Assembly: GCA_000398025.1 (NCBI GenBank) | Contig: ASKX01000003.1 | Coordinates: forward strand, 6,143 to 70,142 | DNA: 64,000 nucleotides | Source: Candidatus Paceibacter normanii SCGC AAA255-P19 | Lineage (GTDB): Bacteria > Patescibacteriota > Minisyncoccia > Minisyncoccales > Paceibacteraceae | Reading direction: 5' to 3' | Shown here: in pieces, positions 35,203 to 43,183 of the stretch | How the letters are laid out: the number at the start of each line of letters is the position of its first letter | Position numbering within the stretch: position 1 is the stretch's first letter | The notes under the pieces: generated by a model | Told to the model about the DNA's origin: nothing | The model's database searches: none | Seen by the model: the letters and a program-made list of their open reading frames with translations, nothing else | Made by a program: the position numbers and the translations under genes

Positions 35203-35256
35203 ACCGAGCCCGCCCAAGGCGGGCGAAGGTGGAGATGAAGCTTTAGCTTCATCGAC
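35203..35256 (+). repeat. R1 double-hairpin repeat (full copy) filling the truD-rpsA gap
   Basis: ACCGA-GCCCGC-ccaag-GCGGGC-GAAGGTGGA-GATGAAGC-ttta-GCTTCATC-GAC. Confidence 0.8.
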
Positions 35257-36333
35257 TTATTGTACTAGTTCGAGACTCATTCGGTGTTCTTTGGGTTCAA
35301 TGGAGAGAATTCGAAATTTATATTCTTTGCCAATCGCCAAGGCCTCTTCCATTTTCGATTTTGTCCCGAATTCAGAAATATGACAAAGCCCTTGGATTTT
35401 AGAACTAATTTTGATGAAAGCACCAAAAGGATTAAATTTGGTAGCTTTTCCTTTGACCTTGTCTCCTTTTTTGTATTCTTTTTCAATGTCTGACCAAGGA
35501 TCTTTTTTCAGGGCTTTCAAAGAAAGAGAAACTTTATCGCCAGAAATTTCAATAATTTTCGTTTGCACTTTATCTCCCATTTTGACAATTTCAGCCGGGT
35601 CCTCTACCAATTGCCAATCTAATTCTGAGATATGAATTAGTCCTTCTAGCCATTCTACTTCTTCTCCCAAAGAATTTTTTAAAGGGAAGCGGACAAAGGC
35701 GCCAAAATCAGTAACTCCGGTGATTTCTCCTTCAACCACATCTCCTACTTTGCACCCTTCTAAAAGTTTTTTTATTTTCTCGGTAGCTTTGGCTTTTTCT
35801 GATAAAATAAGCTTTTCTTCCTTAGGAGACAAATCAAAAATTTTAACATCTAACTCCTCGCCAATAAATTTTTGAAGCTCTTTTAAAATTTTAGCTTGAT
35901 CCCCTTTTTCCACTCGGGGATAGTGGGAACTTTCCAATTGGGAAACTGGCAAGAAGGCCGGAATGTCAAGAACTTCAGCCAGCAGCCCGCCCTTGTTGGC
36001 GCCGGAAATTTTTACTGTTATGGTTTCTCCACTTTCTTTCTTTTGGGCTAGCTTAGCCCAGGTTATTTCTTTGGAAGCTCCTTTAACTGACAGCTCGACA
36101 TAACCTTCTTCGTTCTCCAGGTCTACTACTTTGGCAAAAATAGTATCGCCGGCTTTAACGTTTTTCAGTTGGGTTTTGGCTTCAGCAAATTCTCTTCCGT
36201 AAATTATGCCCGCCCCCACCTGACCTAAATCCAAAAAAATGGAGGACTTACCCTTACCAATAACTTTTCCTTCAATAATTTCTCCCACCTTCAAAGGCTT
36301 TAACAAATTGTTTTTATCTAGCAATTCTTTCAT
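35257..36333 (-). CDS. rpsA: 30S ribosomal protein S1 (four S1 domains)
   Basis: Repeated G.V..V...G.F..L motifs: GEIIEGKVIG, GDTIFAKVV, GDVVEGEITGVTDFGAFV, GDKVKGKATKFNPFGAFI. Confidence 0.85.
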   Translation of the reverse strand: MKELLDKNNLLKPLKVGEIIEGKVIGKGKSSIFLDLGQVGAGIIYGREFAEAKTQLKNVKAGDTIFAKVVDLENEEGYVELSVKGASKEITWAKLAQKKESGETITVKISGANKGGLLAEVLDIPAFLPVSQLESSHYPRVEKGDQAKILKELQKFIGEELDVKIFDLSPKEEKLILSEKAKATEKIKKLLEGCKVGDVVEGEITGVTDFGAFVRFPLKNSLGEEVEWLEGLIHISELDWQLVEDPAEIVKMGDKVQTKIIEISGDKVSLSLKALKKDPWSDIEKEYKKGDKVKGKATKFNPFGAFIKISSKIQGLCHISEFGTKSKMEEALAIGKEYKFRILSIEPKEHRMSLELVQ

Positions 36334-36336
36334 ATA

Positions 36337-36389
36337 TCGAGCCCGCCTTAGCGGGCGAAGATGAAGATGAGAACGAAGTTCTCATCGCC
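36337..36389 (+). repeat. R1 double-hairpin repeat (full copy) upstream of rpsA
   Basis: TCGA-GCCCGC-ctta-GCGGGC-GAAGATGAA-GATGAGAAC-gaa-GTTCTCATC-GCC. Confidence 0.8.
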
Positions 36390-36412
36390 TCCCTTGCAGT
36401 TTATAATAATCC

Positions 36413-36441
36413 TTGAATTTTTGCAATACTAATGATAAAAT
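36413..36441 (+). promoter_or_regulatory. Sigma70-like promoter of the MBL-hydrolase gene
   Basis: TTGAAT, 17 nt, TAAAAT, ending 9 nt before ATG 36451. The leader would be very short or absent. Confidence 0.45.
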
Positions 36442-36450
36442 TTTAGTAAT

Positions 36451-37152
36451 ATGCAGATTGTTTGGCATGGCCAATCCTATTTTCAAATCGAAGCTCGCCA
36501 TAATAAAAGCGAGCATACTTTAATTGTCATTGATCCTTTTTCTGAGGAAATTGGTCTGCGAGTCCCTAAACTTCAGGCCGATGTTTTATTAATTACCCAT
36601 CAGCATTATGACCATAACAATGTAAAAACGGTTTCAGGCACCCCCTTTTTAATTGATGGTCCCGGTGAGTACGAAATCAAAAAAGTTTTCATTCAAGGTA
36701 TTCCCGCCTGGCACGATCAAAAGCAGGGCAAAGAGCGAGGCTCCAACACCATTTATACCATTGAGGCCGAGGAGATGAAAATTTGTCACTTGGGAGATTT
36801 AGGCCAAAAAGAACTAACCGGAGAACAATTAGAGAAAATCGGCGATGTAGATATTTTAATGATTCCAGTCGGGGGCGTCTATACCATTTCAGCTAAAGAA
36901 GCCTTAGAAATAATGTCTCAACTTGAACCCAGAATAACCATCCCCATGCACTACCAACTTCCCAAATTGAAGATAAAATTAGACACCCGAGCGATAGCGA
37001 AGGGTGGAAAAGAAGATTTATCTTCTTTGAACGGCGTAGATAAATTTTTAAAGAGTTTAGGCATTAAATCAATGGAGCCCCTAAGCAAGCTTTCAATAAA
37101 AAGCAAAGATATTTCTCCAGAAGAGGCTAAAATAATTCTTTTAAGACCGTAA
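36451..37152 (+). CDS. MBL-fold metal-dependent hydrolase (UPF0173-like) carrying an in-frame R1 insert
   Basis: LITHQHYDHN motif, ICHLGDLG, and IPMHY. Confidence 0.75.
   Translation: MQIVWHGQSYFQIEARHNKSEHTLIVIDPFSEEIGLRVPKLQADVLLITHQHYDHNNVKTVSGTPFLIDGPGEYEIKKVFIQGIPAWHDQKQGKERGSNTIYTIEAEEMKICHLGDLGQKELTGEQLEKIGDVDILMIPVGGVYTISAKEALEIMSQLEPRITIPMHYQLPKLKIKLDTRAIAKGGKEDLSSLNGVDKFLKSLGIKSMEPLSKLSIKSKDISPEEAKIILLRP
36985..37029 (+). repeat. R1 45-nt unit in frame inside the hydrolase gene
   Basis: ACCCGAGCGATAGCGAAGGGTGGAAAAGAAGATTTATCTTCTTTG translates as TRAIAKGGKEDLSSL. Confidence 0.75.
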
Positions 37153-37157
37153 TCCCC

Positions 37158-37445
37158 ATGTCTAAAATCCAAGATTTGCCAGAATCTACCCGGAAAATAA
37201 TTTTTTGGATAGCTATAATTATTGTTGGTTTAGGATTGCTCTCTTGGTGGGCTCAAACCGCTCAGGAAAGAATGAGAAGCGTTCGAGGAGAAGAGATGAA
37301 GGAGGGCTTAGGAATTCCTTTTTTAGAAGAGCAGCTAAAAGAGATGCCCAAAATTGAAATGCCAGAGATTGATGAGGAAACCTTAAAAAAAATTGAACAA
37401 TTATTTAAAGAAGCAGAGCAGCAGGCAGAGAAACCAACCGAGTAA
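37158..37445 (+). CDS. Small membrane-anchored hypothetical protein
   Basis: Single TM (IIFWIAIIIVGLGLLSWW) and an acidic C-terminal tail. Confidence 0.5.
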   Translation: MSKIQDLPESTRKIIFWIAIIIVGLGLLSWWAQTAQERMRSVRGEEMKEGLGIPFLEEQLKEMPKIEMPEIDEETLKKIEQLFKEAEQQAEKPTE

Positions 37446-37449
37446 ATAT

Positions 37450-37500
37450 GCTCAATGAATCTTTGATTCATTTCGATCTTCAATAAATTTTCAATTTATC
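37450..37500. repeat. ATGAATC hairpin plus CAATTTY units upstream of gyrA
   Basis: GCTCAATGAATC-ttt-GATTCATTTCGA followed by CTTCAATAAATTTTCAATTTATC. Confidence 0.6.
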
Positions 37501-37503
37501 TCG

Positions 37504-39978
37504 ATGCCTAAAGAAAATCAAAAAATAAATAGAGAAACTGAAATAGGCTATATTAAACCCCGAGCCATTACCGAGGAAATGAAGGACTCGTACATTGACT
37601 ACGCTATGTCAGTGATTGTTTCTCGAGCTCTGCCTGATGTCAGAGATGGTTTAAAACCAGTCCATCGCCGGATTTTATACACGATGGGCGAGATGGGATT
37701 GGGGCACACAGCGAAATTTAGAAAGTCAGCAACAGTGGTGGGCGAAACAATGGGGAAACTGCATCCACATGGTGATGCAGCAATTTACGATGCCTTGGCT
37801 CGAATGGCTCAAGATTTCTCTTTAAGATATCCTTTAATTCAGGGTCAAGGCAATTTCGGTAGCATCGACGGAGATCCCCCGAGTGCGATGAGGTATAGCG
37901 AGGCGAAGCTTTCAGAAATCGGTGAGGAAACGCTCAAAGACATTGAGAAAAACACGGTTGATTTCGCTGACAATTACGACGGAACCCGTAAAGAGCCCAC
38001 TGTTTTACCTTCACCCCTTCCTCAATTGTTGCTTAATGGTTCTTTAGGAATTGCCGTAGGTATGGCTACCAATATTCCCACCCATAACCTTTCAGAAGTT
38101 TGCGAAGCCACCGACTATTTAATTGACCATCCCAAAGCCGATACTGAAGATCTCTTTCAGTTTGTCAAAGGACCCGATTTTCCTACTGGCGGCCAAATTT
38201 TTAATCAAAAAGAAATTATCGCTGCTTATTCTCAGGGTAAAGGACCAATTTTAACTCGAGGGAAAACGGAAGTTATAGAAAGGGAAAAGAGCGGCCGACT
38301 TCAGATTGTTATTACTGAAATTCCTTTCCAAGTTCAAAAGTCTTCTTTAGTTGAGCAATTTGCTCATTTAGTTCAAGAAAAAAAGATAGAAGGGATTAAA
38401 GATATTAGAGACGAATCTGACAAAGAAGGACTGAGAATTGTCATCGAGCTACAAAAAGATGCTTTTCCTCAGAAGATTTTAAACCGTCTTTATAAGTTTA
38501 CCGACCTCCAAAAAAGTTTTCATTTGAATATGTTAGCTTTGGTGGAAGGGATTCAGCCTCGAGTTTTAAACTTAGCCGATTTATTGAACTACTTTATTGT
38601 TCACCGTAAAGAAGTAGTTACCCGGAGAACAGAATATGAATTAGAAAAAGCCAAAGGAAGAGCTCATATTTTAGAAGGTCTACATAAATGCCTAGCTGAT
38701 ATAGATGCTGTAATAAAAACCATCAAAAACTCAGCCAATCGAGAGGAAGCCCAAAAGAATTTGATGAAGCGCTTTCGCTTAACTCAAATTCAAGCTAACG
38801 CCATTTTAGAAACCAAACTTTCAGCCCTGGCTAAGCTGGAAAGAAAGAAGATTGAAGACGAATTAAAAGAGCAGCGTTCCAGAATCAAAGAATTAACAGC
38901 CATTTTGAAGAGCCCTCAAAAAATCAAACAAGTTATTAAAAAAGAATTAAAAGAGCTAAAAGAAAGATTTGGTGACGAAAGAAGAACTAAAGTAGTTGTT
39001 CAAAAAGTTGGTGAGATAGCCGAAGAAGACCTAATTCCCTCCGAGGAAACAATCATTACTCTTACTCAAGGAGGTTACATTAAAAGAATTAACCCTTCTA
39101 TTTATCGTCTCCAAAAAAGAGGAGGCAAAGGAATTGCCGGCATGAAAACAGTGGGCGACGATGTGGTTGAGCATTTCTTGACCGCCAACACTCACGACAA
39201 CCTTTTATTCTTTACTGATTCAGGGAAAGTTTTTCGCACCCTAGTCTATGAAATTCCCGAAGGCGTCAGGGTGGCTAAAGGCCGGGGGTTGTTGAACTTT
39301 TTAGAAATTTCTCCTGAGGATAAAGTTCTGTGTATTTTGGCTTTGGGTAAGGAAGATGAAGTCTTGGGCACAAAATATTTAGTCATGGTCACCAAAAATG
39401 GTATAACCAAGAAAACTAGCTTGGAAGAGTTCGAGAATGTTCGCCGTTCAGGTTTAATAGCCATTAATCTAAGAAAAGGCGATGCCTTAAGAAAAGTAAG
39501 AAAGAGCGCTGACGAGGACGATATAATTTTAGCAACCAAGAAGGGCCAATCCATCCGCTTTAAAGAAAAAGAAATAAGGCCAATGGGTAGGCCAGCAGCT
39601 GGAATTAAAGGAATTAGATTAAAGAAAGGGGATGAGGTGATTGGCATGGATCCAATTCAAGCTAAAGACAAAAAGGAAAAACAGTATTTATTGGTCGTTA
39701 CAGAAAATGGCTATGGCAAAAGGACGGATTTGACAGAGTATCGACCCCAAGGAAAGGGAGGCTCAGGAATAAAAACAGCCCAGGTAACTCCCAAAACCGG
39801 CAACCTAATTACCTCTCGAGTTTTAACTGACGAGGAAGATTTAATTGTTATTTCTCAAAGAGGCCAAGTGATTAGAACAAAAATTTCTTCCATTCCCAAG
39901 TTGAGCCGGGCCACCCAAGGAGTAAGAATAATGGTCTTGGGAGAAGGAGATAAAGTGGCTTCCACTACCTGCCTATAA
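37504..39978 (+). CDS. gyrA: DNA gyrase subunit A
   Basis: [12 protein letters not shown], active-site region AMRYSEAKL, and C-terminal beta-pinwheel repeats. Confidence 0.95.
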   Translation: MPKENQKINRETEIGYIKPRAITEEMKDSYIDYAMSVIVSRALPDVRDGLKPVHRRILYTMGEMGLGHTAKFRKSATVVGETMGKLHPHGDAAIYDALARMAQDFSLRYPLIQGQGNFGSIDGDPPSAMRYSEAKLSEIGEETLKDIEKNTVDFADNYDGTRKEPTVLPSPLPQLLLNGSLGIAVGMATNIPTHNLSEVCEATDYLIDHPKADTEDLFQFVKGPDFPTGGQIFNQKEIIAAYSQGKGPILTRGKTEVIEREKSGRLQIVITEIPFQVQKSSLVEQFAHLVQEKKIEGIKDIRDESDKEGLRIVIELQKDAFPQKILNRLYKFTDLQKSFHLNMLALVEGIQPRVLNLADLLNYFIVHRKEVVTRRTEYELEKAKGRAHILEGLHKCLADIDAVIKTIKNSANREEAQKNLMKRFRLTQIQANAILETKLSALAKLERKKIEDELKEQRSRIKELTAILKSPQKIKQVIKKELKELKERFGDERRTKVVVQKVGEIAEEDLIPSEETIITLTQGGYIKRINPSIYRLQKRGGKGIAGMKTVGDDVVEHFLTANTHDNLLFFTDSGKVFRTLVYEIPEGVRVAKGRGLLNFLEISPEDKVLCILALGKEDEVLGTKYLVMVTKNGITKKTSLEEFENVRRSGLIAINLRKGDALRKVRKSADEDDIILATKKGQSIRFKEKEIRPMGRPAAGIKGIRLKKGDEVIGMDPIQAKDKKEKQYLLVVTENGYGKRTDLTEYRPQGKGGSGIKTAQVTPKTGNLITSRVLTDEEDLIVISQRGQVIRTKISSIPKLSRATQGVRIMVLGEGDKVASTTCL

Positions 39979-39982
39979 TAGC

Positions 39983-40504
39983 ATGTCTGGATTTGTTAAC
40001 CCTCAAGAAGTTCTGGATCAGCTGAAATTAAAAGAAAGCCTAGTGGCGGCTGACTTTGGTTCAGGTTCGGGCGGCTGGGTAATACCTTTAGCTAAAAAGC
40101 TGGCAGAAGGAAAAATTTACGCCATAGATATTTTAGAAGAACCCCTGTCGGCCTTAAAAAGCCGGGCTAAATTAGAAAATATTTTTAATGTTGAAACTAT
40201 TCAGTCTAATGTTGAAGAAATTCGCGGCTCCAAACTAACCGACTCTTCTTGCGATTTGGTTTTAATGACCAATCTTTTATTTGAGTGCGACGATAAAAAA
40301 ATAGTTTTAGAAGAAGGTAAAAGAGTTTTAAAGCCCGGCGGTAAAATGTTGATTGTTGACTGGAAGAAAGATAATCCTTTGACTCCAGAAATAGAAAGAG
40401 TGCCGATAGAAGATATCAAGAAAATAGCCCAAGAACTTGATTTAGAGATTGAGAGAGAATTTGACGCTGGTATTTACCACTGGGGATTAATTTTGGTAGA
40501 ATAA
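39983..40504 (+). CDS. Class I SAM-dependent methyltransferase
   Basis: Motif I VAADFGSGSGGW. Motif post-II/III LVLMTNLL...LKPGGKMLIVDW. Confidence 0.75.
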   Translation: MSGFVNPQEVLDQLKLKESLVAADFGSGSGGWVIPLAKKLAEGKIYAIDILEEPLSALKSRAKLENIFNVETIQSNVEEIRGSKLTDSSCDLVLMTNLLFECDDKKIVLEEGKRVLKPGGKMLIVDWKKDNPLTPEIERVPIEDIKKIAQELDLEIEREFDAGIYHWGLILVE

Positions 40505-40510
40505 CCTAAT

Positions 40511-40963
40511 ATGAAAAATATATCAATAACATTTTTAATCTTATTTGTTTTATTCGGTGGGATAGGCTTTATCCAGGGTGCTCCTTGTGATTCCTGTGAT
40601 AGTTCGGTTGAATGTGGTAGCGGTGAGAATTGTGTCGGGGGGGATCCCAGTACTCTTGATGTCAAAGAAGGCGTTTGCCAAGATCCTGACAATGTGGTCT
40701 TTTGCTCTCCTATTACTCATACCACTTTTGGCAGTTTGATTGATGCTATTATTAATTTTATCTTTAATATTGCTATTGTAGTTGTGCCTTTGATGGTTAT
40801 TATTGGCGCTTTCAATCTTTTGACAGCGGCTGGCGATCCAAAGAAGATTACCACCGGCAAAAACATTATTACCTACACCCTAATTGGCTTTGCTATTATC
40901 TTGCTTGCCAAAGGTGTTATTGCTATGATAGAAGAAGTGATAGGCATAAGAGTAGGAGGATAA
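40511..40963 (+). CDS. TrbC/VirB2-like small pilin-type membrane protein, Cys-rich ectodomain
   Basis: Signal peptide and a Cys-rich segment of about 40 aa. Then two TM segments around LLTAAGDPKKITTGKN, as in VirB2/TrbC-type pilins. Confidence 0.55.
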   Translation: MKNISITFLILFVLFGGIGFIQGAPCDSCDSSVECGSGENCVGGDPSTLDVKEGVCQDPDNVVFCSPITHTTFGSLIDAIINFIFNIAIVVVPLMVIIGAFNLLTAAGDPKKITTGKNIITYTLIGFAIILLAKGVIAMIEEVIGIRVGG

Positions 40964-40995
40964 AAAGGCCGATAAAATAATCAACAATTCAATTG

Positions 40996-41559
40996 ATGAT
41001 GAAAAAAACCTTTTTAACTTCGTTAATAATCAGCATCTTGGCTATGCTTTTGGCTTCAGCTGCTTTAGCTGGGCCAGTCAAGTGTTGTAAATTGGGAGCT
41101 GACATCAAAGGTTGGACAGGAGGCTACGTATATAGTGGCACGCTAACGAACACAGCTACCGGCGGCAGTGTAGCCTGTACGGCTACTACTCCTTGTAAAT
41201 GTAGTGACCCATCCTCTTTTGCCCAAGGCTGCACTCTTATCAAAGCAAACACCGCTGGGCCCAATGAGGCCGGAGTAACTTGCGAGGATGGGAATGCCCC
41301 TTATTACAAGACTAATTCCTGGGGAATGGTTTGCCTGCTTAATGGAATTGAAGTGGCGACTAACTGGACTTTTATTTTCCTGATGGTTTTGGTGGCTCTT
41401 TTCATTCTTTGGGGTGCCTTTAACATCGTCACCGCTGGCGGTTCTCCAGAAAAAGTAGGCACCGGTAGAAGTTACATTATCTACGCCCTGGTTGGTTTAG
41501 CTGTTGCCCTTTTGGCCAAAGCCCTTCCTTCGATTGTCCAAGCTTTACTGGGCGTCTAG
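40996..41559 (+). CDS. TrbC/VirB2-like small pilin-type membrane protein, paralogue with larger Cys-rich ectodomain
   Basis: Signal peptide and a Cys-containing domain of about 100 aa. Then IVTAGGSPEKVGTGRS between two TM segments. Same C-terminal architecture as 40511..40963. Confidence 0.55.
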   Translation: MMKKTFLTSLIISILAMLLASAALAGPVKCCKLGADIKGWTGGYVYSGTLTNTATGGSVACTATTPCKCSDPSSFAQGCTLIKANTAGPNEAGVTCEDGNAPYYKTNSWGMVCLLNGIEVATNWTFIFLMVLVALFILWGAFNIVTAGGSPEKVGTGRSYIIYALVGLAVALLAKALPSIVQALLGV

Positions 41560-41592
41560 GGTAACGGGAAATAAATAAAAATTAAAAATAAA

Positions 41593-41625
41593 ATCAACCC
41601 TCCAGGTTGGGGGTTGATTTTTGTG
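41593..41625 (+). terminator. Rho-independent terminator
   Basis: ATCAACCC-(10 nt)-GGGTTGAT followed by TTTTTGTG. Confidence 0.7.
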
Positions 41626-41648
41626 TTAAGAAAGCTAAAATAATAGAG

Positions 41649-41730
41649 AGCCCTCGTGGTGGAACCGGTATACACGCATGGTTTAGGACCATGTCCCGAA
41701 AGGGTTGTGAGTTCGAATCTCACCGAGGGC
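41649..41730 (+). tRNA. tRNA-Leu(UAG)
   Basis: Acceptor GCCCTCG/CGAGGGC, anticodon loop TTTAGGA, variable arm TCCCGAAAGGGTT, T-loop TTCGAAT. Confidence 0.9.
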
Positions 41731-41735
41731 ACTTT

Positions 41736-42425
41736 TTATATTTTTACCTTAATTCTTCGCCTCTTTTCTCTTAAAATCTTGGGTATTCTAATGGTTAGAA
41801 TGCCTTCTTTCATCGTGGCTTCAGCTCGGTCGGGATCCACTTCTACTGGCAAGATTATTTCTCGAGAAAAGGAACCCCAATAACATTCTTGAGCAAAATA
41901 GTCACCTTCTTCTTCATAGGGTCTTTCTCGGCTGCCTTTGATAGTGATGATATCTTTTTCCAAAGCAATATCTAAATCTTCTGGCTTGACTCCGGCAATG
42001 GCTGATTGAACAACCAAATCAGTATCAGTTTGATAAACATCAATAGCTAATTCTCCTTCTGTCTCAAACCATTTTTCTTTAGTTTCCGCAGCTTTAGTAA
42101 AAGAGGGCTCCTCTTTAATTTCTTCTTTCGGCTCAGGTTCAAGTTCCGGTTCTGGCTCTGTTAAGTCTTCTTTTTGGGTAATTATTACCTTCTCCTCTTT
42201 TGGTTTTGTCAAAGAGGATAAATCCTCTTTTCCACCCTTCGCTGACACTCGGGTAAGCGATGAACTTCGTTCATCTTCACCCTTCACTGACGCTCGGGTA
42301 ACCGAAGTCTTCTGGCGAGAGATAGTTCCCCGCCTTCTTTTTGGTTTTTCTTCTCTTGCTTCTTCTACTTCTCCTTCTTCAATCCCCATTCCCTTTTTTA
42401 ATTTTTCAAAAAAAGAATCAGCCAT
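41736..42425 (-). CDS. Hsp20/alpha-crystallin family protein with extended N-terminal region containing two R1 units
   Basis: C-terminal ACD: LAIDVYQTDTDLVVQSAIAGVKPEDLDI...GILTIRIPK. The N-terminal ~130 aa are low-complexity. Confidence 0.8.
   Translation of the reverse strand: MADSFFEKLKKGMGIEEGEVEEAREEKPKRRRGTISRQKTSVTRASVKGEDERSSSLTRVSAKGGKEDLSSLTKPKEEKVIITQKEDLTEPEPELEPEPKEEIKEEPSFTKAAETKEKWFETEGELAIDVYQTDTDLVVQSAIAGVKPEDLDIALEKDIITIKGSRERPYEEEGDYFAQECYWGSFSREIILPVEVDPDRAEATMKEGILTIRIPKILREKRRRIKVKI
42210..42299 (-). repeat. Two tandem 45-nt R1 units in frame inside hsp20
   Basis: On the minus strand, unit 1 (42299..42255) translates as TRASVKGEDERSSSL. Unit 2 (42254..42210) translates as TRVSAKGGKEDLSSL. 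Confidence 0.8.
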
Positions 42426-42429
42426 ATTT

Positions 42430-43137
42430 TTATATTTTACACACCCCTTTAATTTTTTTTAACCTTTTAAATCCTAAAGAAACAAAAATAGCTAAGCCGA
42501 TTAAGATAATTGCCGGAATAAGCGCTTTTAAAAAACCCTCCATTTCCATTATAGAAAAATTGTAGAGGCCGTGCAAGAAAATACTTATCCCCAGACCCAA
42601 GCTGAGCAGTCGTAATCTTTTTTTTGTTTCAAAAAAAGATAAAGCCAGAAAATAACCTACTGTTGCTGAACACAAAACATGTAAAAAAGTCGCCCCTAAA
42701 AACCGGAAAGCGCTGATTGAGAGAACTCGACCAGCTAAAAAAGTTGGGCCCAAAGGAAGTAAAATTAGAATATTTTCCAAAGCAGCAAAACCCAGGGCAG
42801 CAATTATCATATAGAGCATGGCGTCTAATGGTTCATCAAACTCCGGACTCTTCAAGACTTTTTCTCTGACCACCAGATATTTCAAAAATTCCTCAACTAA
42901 AGCTACCCCAACAAAGGTGTTCAAGATAACAATCAAGGCAGGAGCAAGAGTTAGTTTCTCAATTTCTTGGAAAATTCCTACCTCTATAAAAACCGTTGGA
43001 ATGGCTATTAATAAACCGCAAAAGAATATTTTTAAAATCATTTGATTCGATTCTGGATGAGCATCCTTTCTTAAGTAAAACAAAAGCCAGATTATACTGG
43101 GAGCCAAACCAAAAAATATATAGAGAGGATACGTCAT
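42430..43137 (-). CDS. PrsW-family intramembrane protease
   Basis: Polytopic membrane protein with ALVEEFLKY (EE motif), GFAALEN and a HGLYN motif. Confidence 0.75.
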   Translation of the reverse strand: MTYPLYIFFGLAPSIIWLLFYLRKDAHPESNQMILKIFFCGLLIAIPTVFIEVGIFQEIEKLTLAPALIVILNTFVGVALVEEFLKYLVVREKVLKSPEFDEPLDAMLYMIIAALGFAALENILILLPLGPTFLAGRVLSISAFRFLGATFLHVLCSATVGYFLALSFFETKKRLRLLSLGLGISIFLHGLYNFSIMEMEGFLKALIPAIILIGLAIFVSLGFKRLKKIKGVCKI

Positions 43138-43156
43138 TAACCAAGTTTTTATTTAT

Positions 43157-43183
43157 GAGTTCGATGAGATAAATCTCATCGAC
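43157..43183 (+). repeat. R1 half copy spanning the valS stop codon
   Basis: GAGTTC-GATGAGAT-aa-ATCTCATC-GAC. Confidence 0.5.

Noticed and set aside
39246-39647. 133-aa antisense ORF within gyrA, and similar antisense ORFs in pilB2, ligA, valS and recG
   Set aside because: These are embedded opposite strongly supported conserved genes. Their sequences are low-complexity with no motifs.
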